Shown here: piece by piece, positions 24,821 through 26,798 of the stretch
How the letters are laid out: each line of letters starts with the position of its first letter
How positions within the stretch are numbered: position 1 is the first letter of the stretch
Assembly: GCA_003225515.1 (NCBI GenBank)
Contig: QIAK01000285.1
Coordinates: 1,289 to 28,086 of the forward strand
Direction of reading: 5' to 3'
Length of the DNA stretch: 26,798 nucleotides
Origin: Acidobacteriota bacterium
Lineage (GTDB): Bacteria > Acidobacteriota > Terriglobia > Terriglobales > Acidobacteriaceae
Made by a program: the position numbers and the translations under genes
The notes under the pieces: generated by a model
What the model was told of the DNA's origin: nothing
Database searches by the model: none
The model's input: only the letters and a program-made list of their open reading frames with translations

Positions 24821-25871
24821 AAAGTTCTTTTGTCTTTCTTTTCCCGGGTTTCTCAGCCTTCAAGAGTTTCCGAACCCTTTGCTCCATGCCTGGGGGCGCG
24901 CTTTGCAGCAGCGAGCGCGCGGTTGCGCGGAGATTTTCCTTCAAGTCATGCCGGCGGAACAGAGTACGGTCGAGGCGATAGCGGACGATGGGAGTCACGG
25001 TGCCTCCGAACCGCCGCAGGAATTCGTGAGCGCCGCCCAACGAATGCCGACGAAGCCCCTGATCACAAGCCCACTGGATTCCCCTCCACTGCAATAAATC
25101 ATTCGGCTTCAAGTGCATGAATTCGTCGAGTGAGCTATTGGCGGCAGACTCGAACAAGCCGCCGGGGAAAAAACGGAAGATGTTGATGGCAATTACTTTC
25201 CCGGAGAATGTAGCCAGAAATAGCCGGCGATTGTTCCTGAGACTGACGGTTTTCTCAAAAGACTCGAAGCTCCATTCGCCATGGACCTGCTTCCGCTCGG
25301 TGCCACGCCAGGCCGAATATACTGCGTGAGCGTCAAACATGTCCTGCTTGCTGACAGCTTCGCGGACTTCCACACCGTGCTTCTCCGCATAACGAATATT
25401 TCTACGCCGGTCTTTGGAAAAATCTTTGAACAGCGCCTCAGCGCCGCGGGTGAGATCGAGCACTACGCTTCCCTGCAATTGATGGCGCCGGAAGCCGCAC
25501 GCCGAAAAAGGGGCAAGCTCAAGAGAAGCCCAGGTATAGACGTGCACCAGGTCCGCGCGGGCTGCCTCCGCCAGCAAACCTTTCGCCAGCATATCGAGTG
25601 TGGCCGCGTTATCTGTGCCATCCACACAAATCTGCGGACGCGAGGTGAGTCCGGATAGGACCTCTTTCTCCAGGTGAAATCCCGTTAGGACTCCTCGGAC
25701 TTGATTCCCATCGAGCGCCAGAACCGCGAACGGCCGAGTGCCTCGACGAAGCGGATCGAGGAAGTACTCCGGAGAATCGTAATGGGAAGGAATTTCCACA
25801 CGAGTCAGAAACTCGCGCCAGGCTCGCTCCAGCTCAGGCCCGGGAAAGCCATCAAGAATCTCAAATTTCAA
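24819..25871 (-). CDS. GNAT/FemABX-like (Acetyltransf_6-type) transferase, copy 2
   Basis: TTG start with AGGAG RBS; FSKDRRRNIRYAEKHGVEVRE; LKPNDLLQWRGIQWA; LGG...FLRRFGG. 350 aa. Confidence 0.82.
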   Translation of the reverse strand: MKFEILDGFPGPELERAWREFLTRVEIPSHYDSPEYFLDPLRRGTRPFAVLALDGNQVRGVLTGFHLEKEVLSGLTSRPQICVDGTDNAATLDMLAKGLLAEAARADLVHVYTWASLELAPFSACGFRRHQLQGSVVLDLTRGAEALFKDFSKDRRRNIRYAEKHGVEVREAVSKQDMFDAHAVYSAWRGTERKQVHGEWSFESFEKTVSLRNNRRLFLATFSGKVIAINIFRFFPGGLFESAANSSLDEFMHLKPNDLLQWRGIQWACDQGLRRHSLGGAHEFLRRFGGTVTPIVRYRLDRTLFRRHDLKENLRATARSLLQSAPPGMEQRVRKLLKAEKPGKRKTKEL

Positions 25872-25897
25872 TTCTTTCTCCTAAACGCGAGAGCCGG

Positions 25898-26704
25898 CTA
25901 GCGGGCCTGTTGCGCCAGCCCGATGTGCGGTTCGACCAGAGCAAGCAGGCTATTTTTCAGGAAGGGGCCGCAGGCCAGCAGACCCGACAGGAGTGGATCT
26001 CGGCGATTGGCGGTTAAATCCGTCTTTTCCAGTGTACTAACAAAGCCGCCCGCGCTCTGCACCAATGCCGCTCCCGCCACCACGTCCCATTCGTTCTTGG
26101 GTGTAAGCGTAAACGTAACATCTGCAAGGCCCGCCGAAACAAGCGCGAGCTTGTAAGCCACAGAACCCATTGGCCGGATCACGACGGAAGAGTTCTCAAA
26201 TGCCTTCCACTCGCCGCGTTTCACTTCGCTGCGGCTGGCTAGAATCAACGCGCCCTCCAGGCTGGTGCGCTGGCTGGGATGCGAAGGCTTGCCGTTGTAA
26301 GTTACGCCGCAATCGATTGCTCCCAAAAATGTTTCGTCGGTTGCAGGATTGTAGATGCCGCCGGCCATCGGCCTTCCATTCTCGACGAATCCGATTGAAA
26401 CGCAGAACTCTGGAATTCCTTTCACGAATTCACGCGTGCCATCGAGCGGATCAACCACCCAAACGCGCGAGCGCTGCAGGCGAATGGGGTCATCCACGCT
26501 CTCCTCGGAGAGCCAGCCCTCGTCATCGCGCAGCAGGTTCTGGCGCAACACCGCGTCTAGAGCGCGGTCCGCCTCGGTCACGGGATCATGCCCGATCTTG
26601 TATTCGGTCTCAATCGCGCCCGGGGTGAAGCGGGAGAAGACAGTGCGTGAAGCGGCTAATGCGGCCTCGATGCGGGCCAGAATGTCCGAATAGGCAGAAG
26701 TCAT
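25898..26704 (-). CDS. cysQ: 3'(2'),5'-bisphosphate nucleotidase CysQ / inositol monophosphatase family
   Basis: DPVTEAD, WLSEE, WVVDPLDGTREF, GSVAYKLALV, EWDVVAG motifs; ASRSE segment. Confidence 0.85.
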   Translation of the reverse strand: MTSAYSDILARIEAALAASRTVFSRFTPGAIETEYKIGHDPVTEADRALDAVLRQNLLRDDEGWLSEESVDDPIRLQRSRVWVVDPLDGTREFVKGIPEFCVSIGFVENGRPMAGGIYNPATDETFLGAIDCGVTYNGKPSHPSQRTSLEGALILASRSEVKRGEWKAFENSSVVIRPMGSVAYKLALVSAGLADVTFTLTPKNEWDVVAGAALVQSAGGFVSTLEKTDLTANRRDPLLSGLLACGPFLKNSLLALVEPHIGLAQQAR

Positions 26705-26726
26705 GCAATCCCCTGGAATTAATTTA

Positions 26727-26798
26727 TTAAGCGGGCCACAACATGCGAACGCCGGTGATCAACAGCAAAACGCATAGCATACGGCGCAGCCAGAGCAT
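26727..26798 (-). CDS. C-terminal fragment of an upstream membrane protein (possibly TauE/SafE-type)
   Basis: Minus strand reads MLWLRRMLCVLLLITGVRMLWPA-stop in frame to the window edge: a hydrophobic terminal helix ending 22 nt before the cysQ start. Only 23 codons are visible. Confidence 0.4.
   Translation of the reverse strand: MLWLRRMLCVLLLITGVRMLWPA

Noticed and set aside
25-26693. Numerous overlapping or antisense ORFs in the six-frame track (e.g. 1047..1664 -, 13054..13743 +, 22116..22784 -)
   Set aside because: They lie within or opposite well-supported genes, show no recognisable motifs, and are expected shadows in GC-rich DNA.

Overview
The whole window is the interior of a large, Wzx-type (lipid-carrier) surface or exo-polysaccharide locus. 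It is cut at both ends. The host is probably an Acidobacterium (inferred from the style of the Ig-like lipoprotein and the periodic intergenic repeats; not verified). Besides one flippase and a tandem two-domain GT4 glycosyltransferase, the locus is dominated by tailoring enzymes: an AlgD-like nucleotide-sugar dehydrogenase, two AsnB-type amidotransferases, two paralogous PAPS-dependent sulfotransferases, a CysQ-type PAP phosphatase, two FemABX/GNAT-like transferases, a CE4 deacetylase, a SAM methyltransferase, a heparinase II/III-fold protein and a YdcF/DUF218 protein. Best candidate for an undescribed system: a multi-step pathway making a sulfated, amidated, uronic-acid-containing (glycosaminoglycan-like) polymer. 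It includes an unannotated beta-propeller (15832..16815) whose His/Asn/Arg motifs resemble the active site of PAPS-independent aryl-sulfate sulfotransferases. There are also two paralogous secreted His-rich beta-propeller proteins of unknown family, one of them frameshifted. No Wzy, Wza/Wzc, initiating transferase, PAPS synthase, RNA gene, CRISPR array or mobile element is visible. All family calls are from motif recognition by eye; no searches were run.
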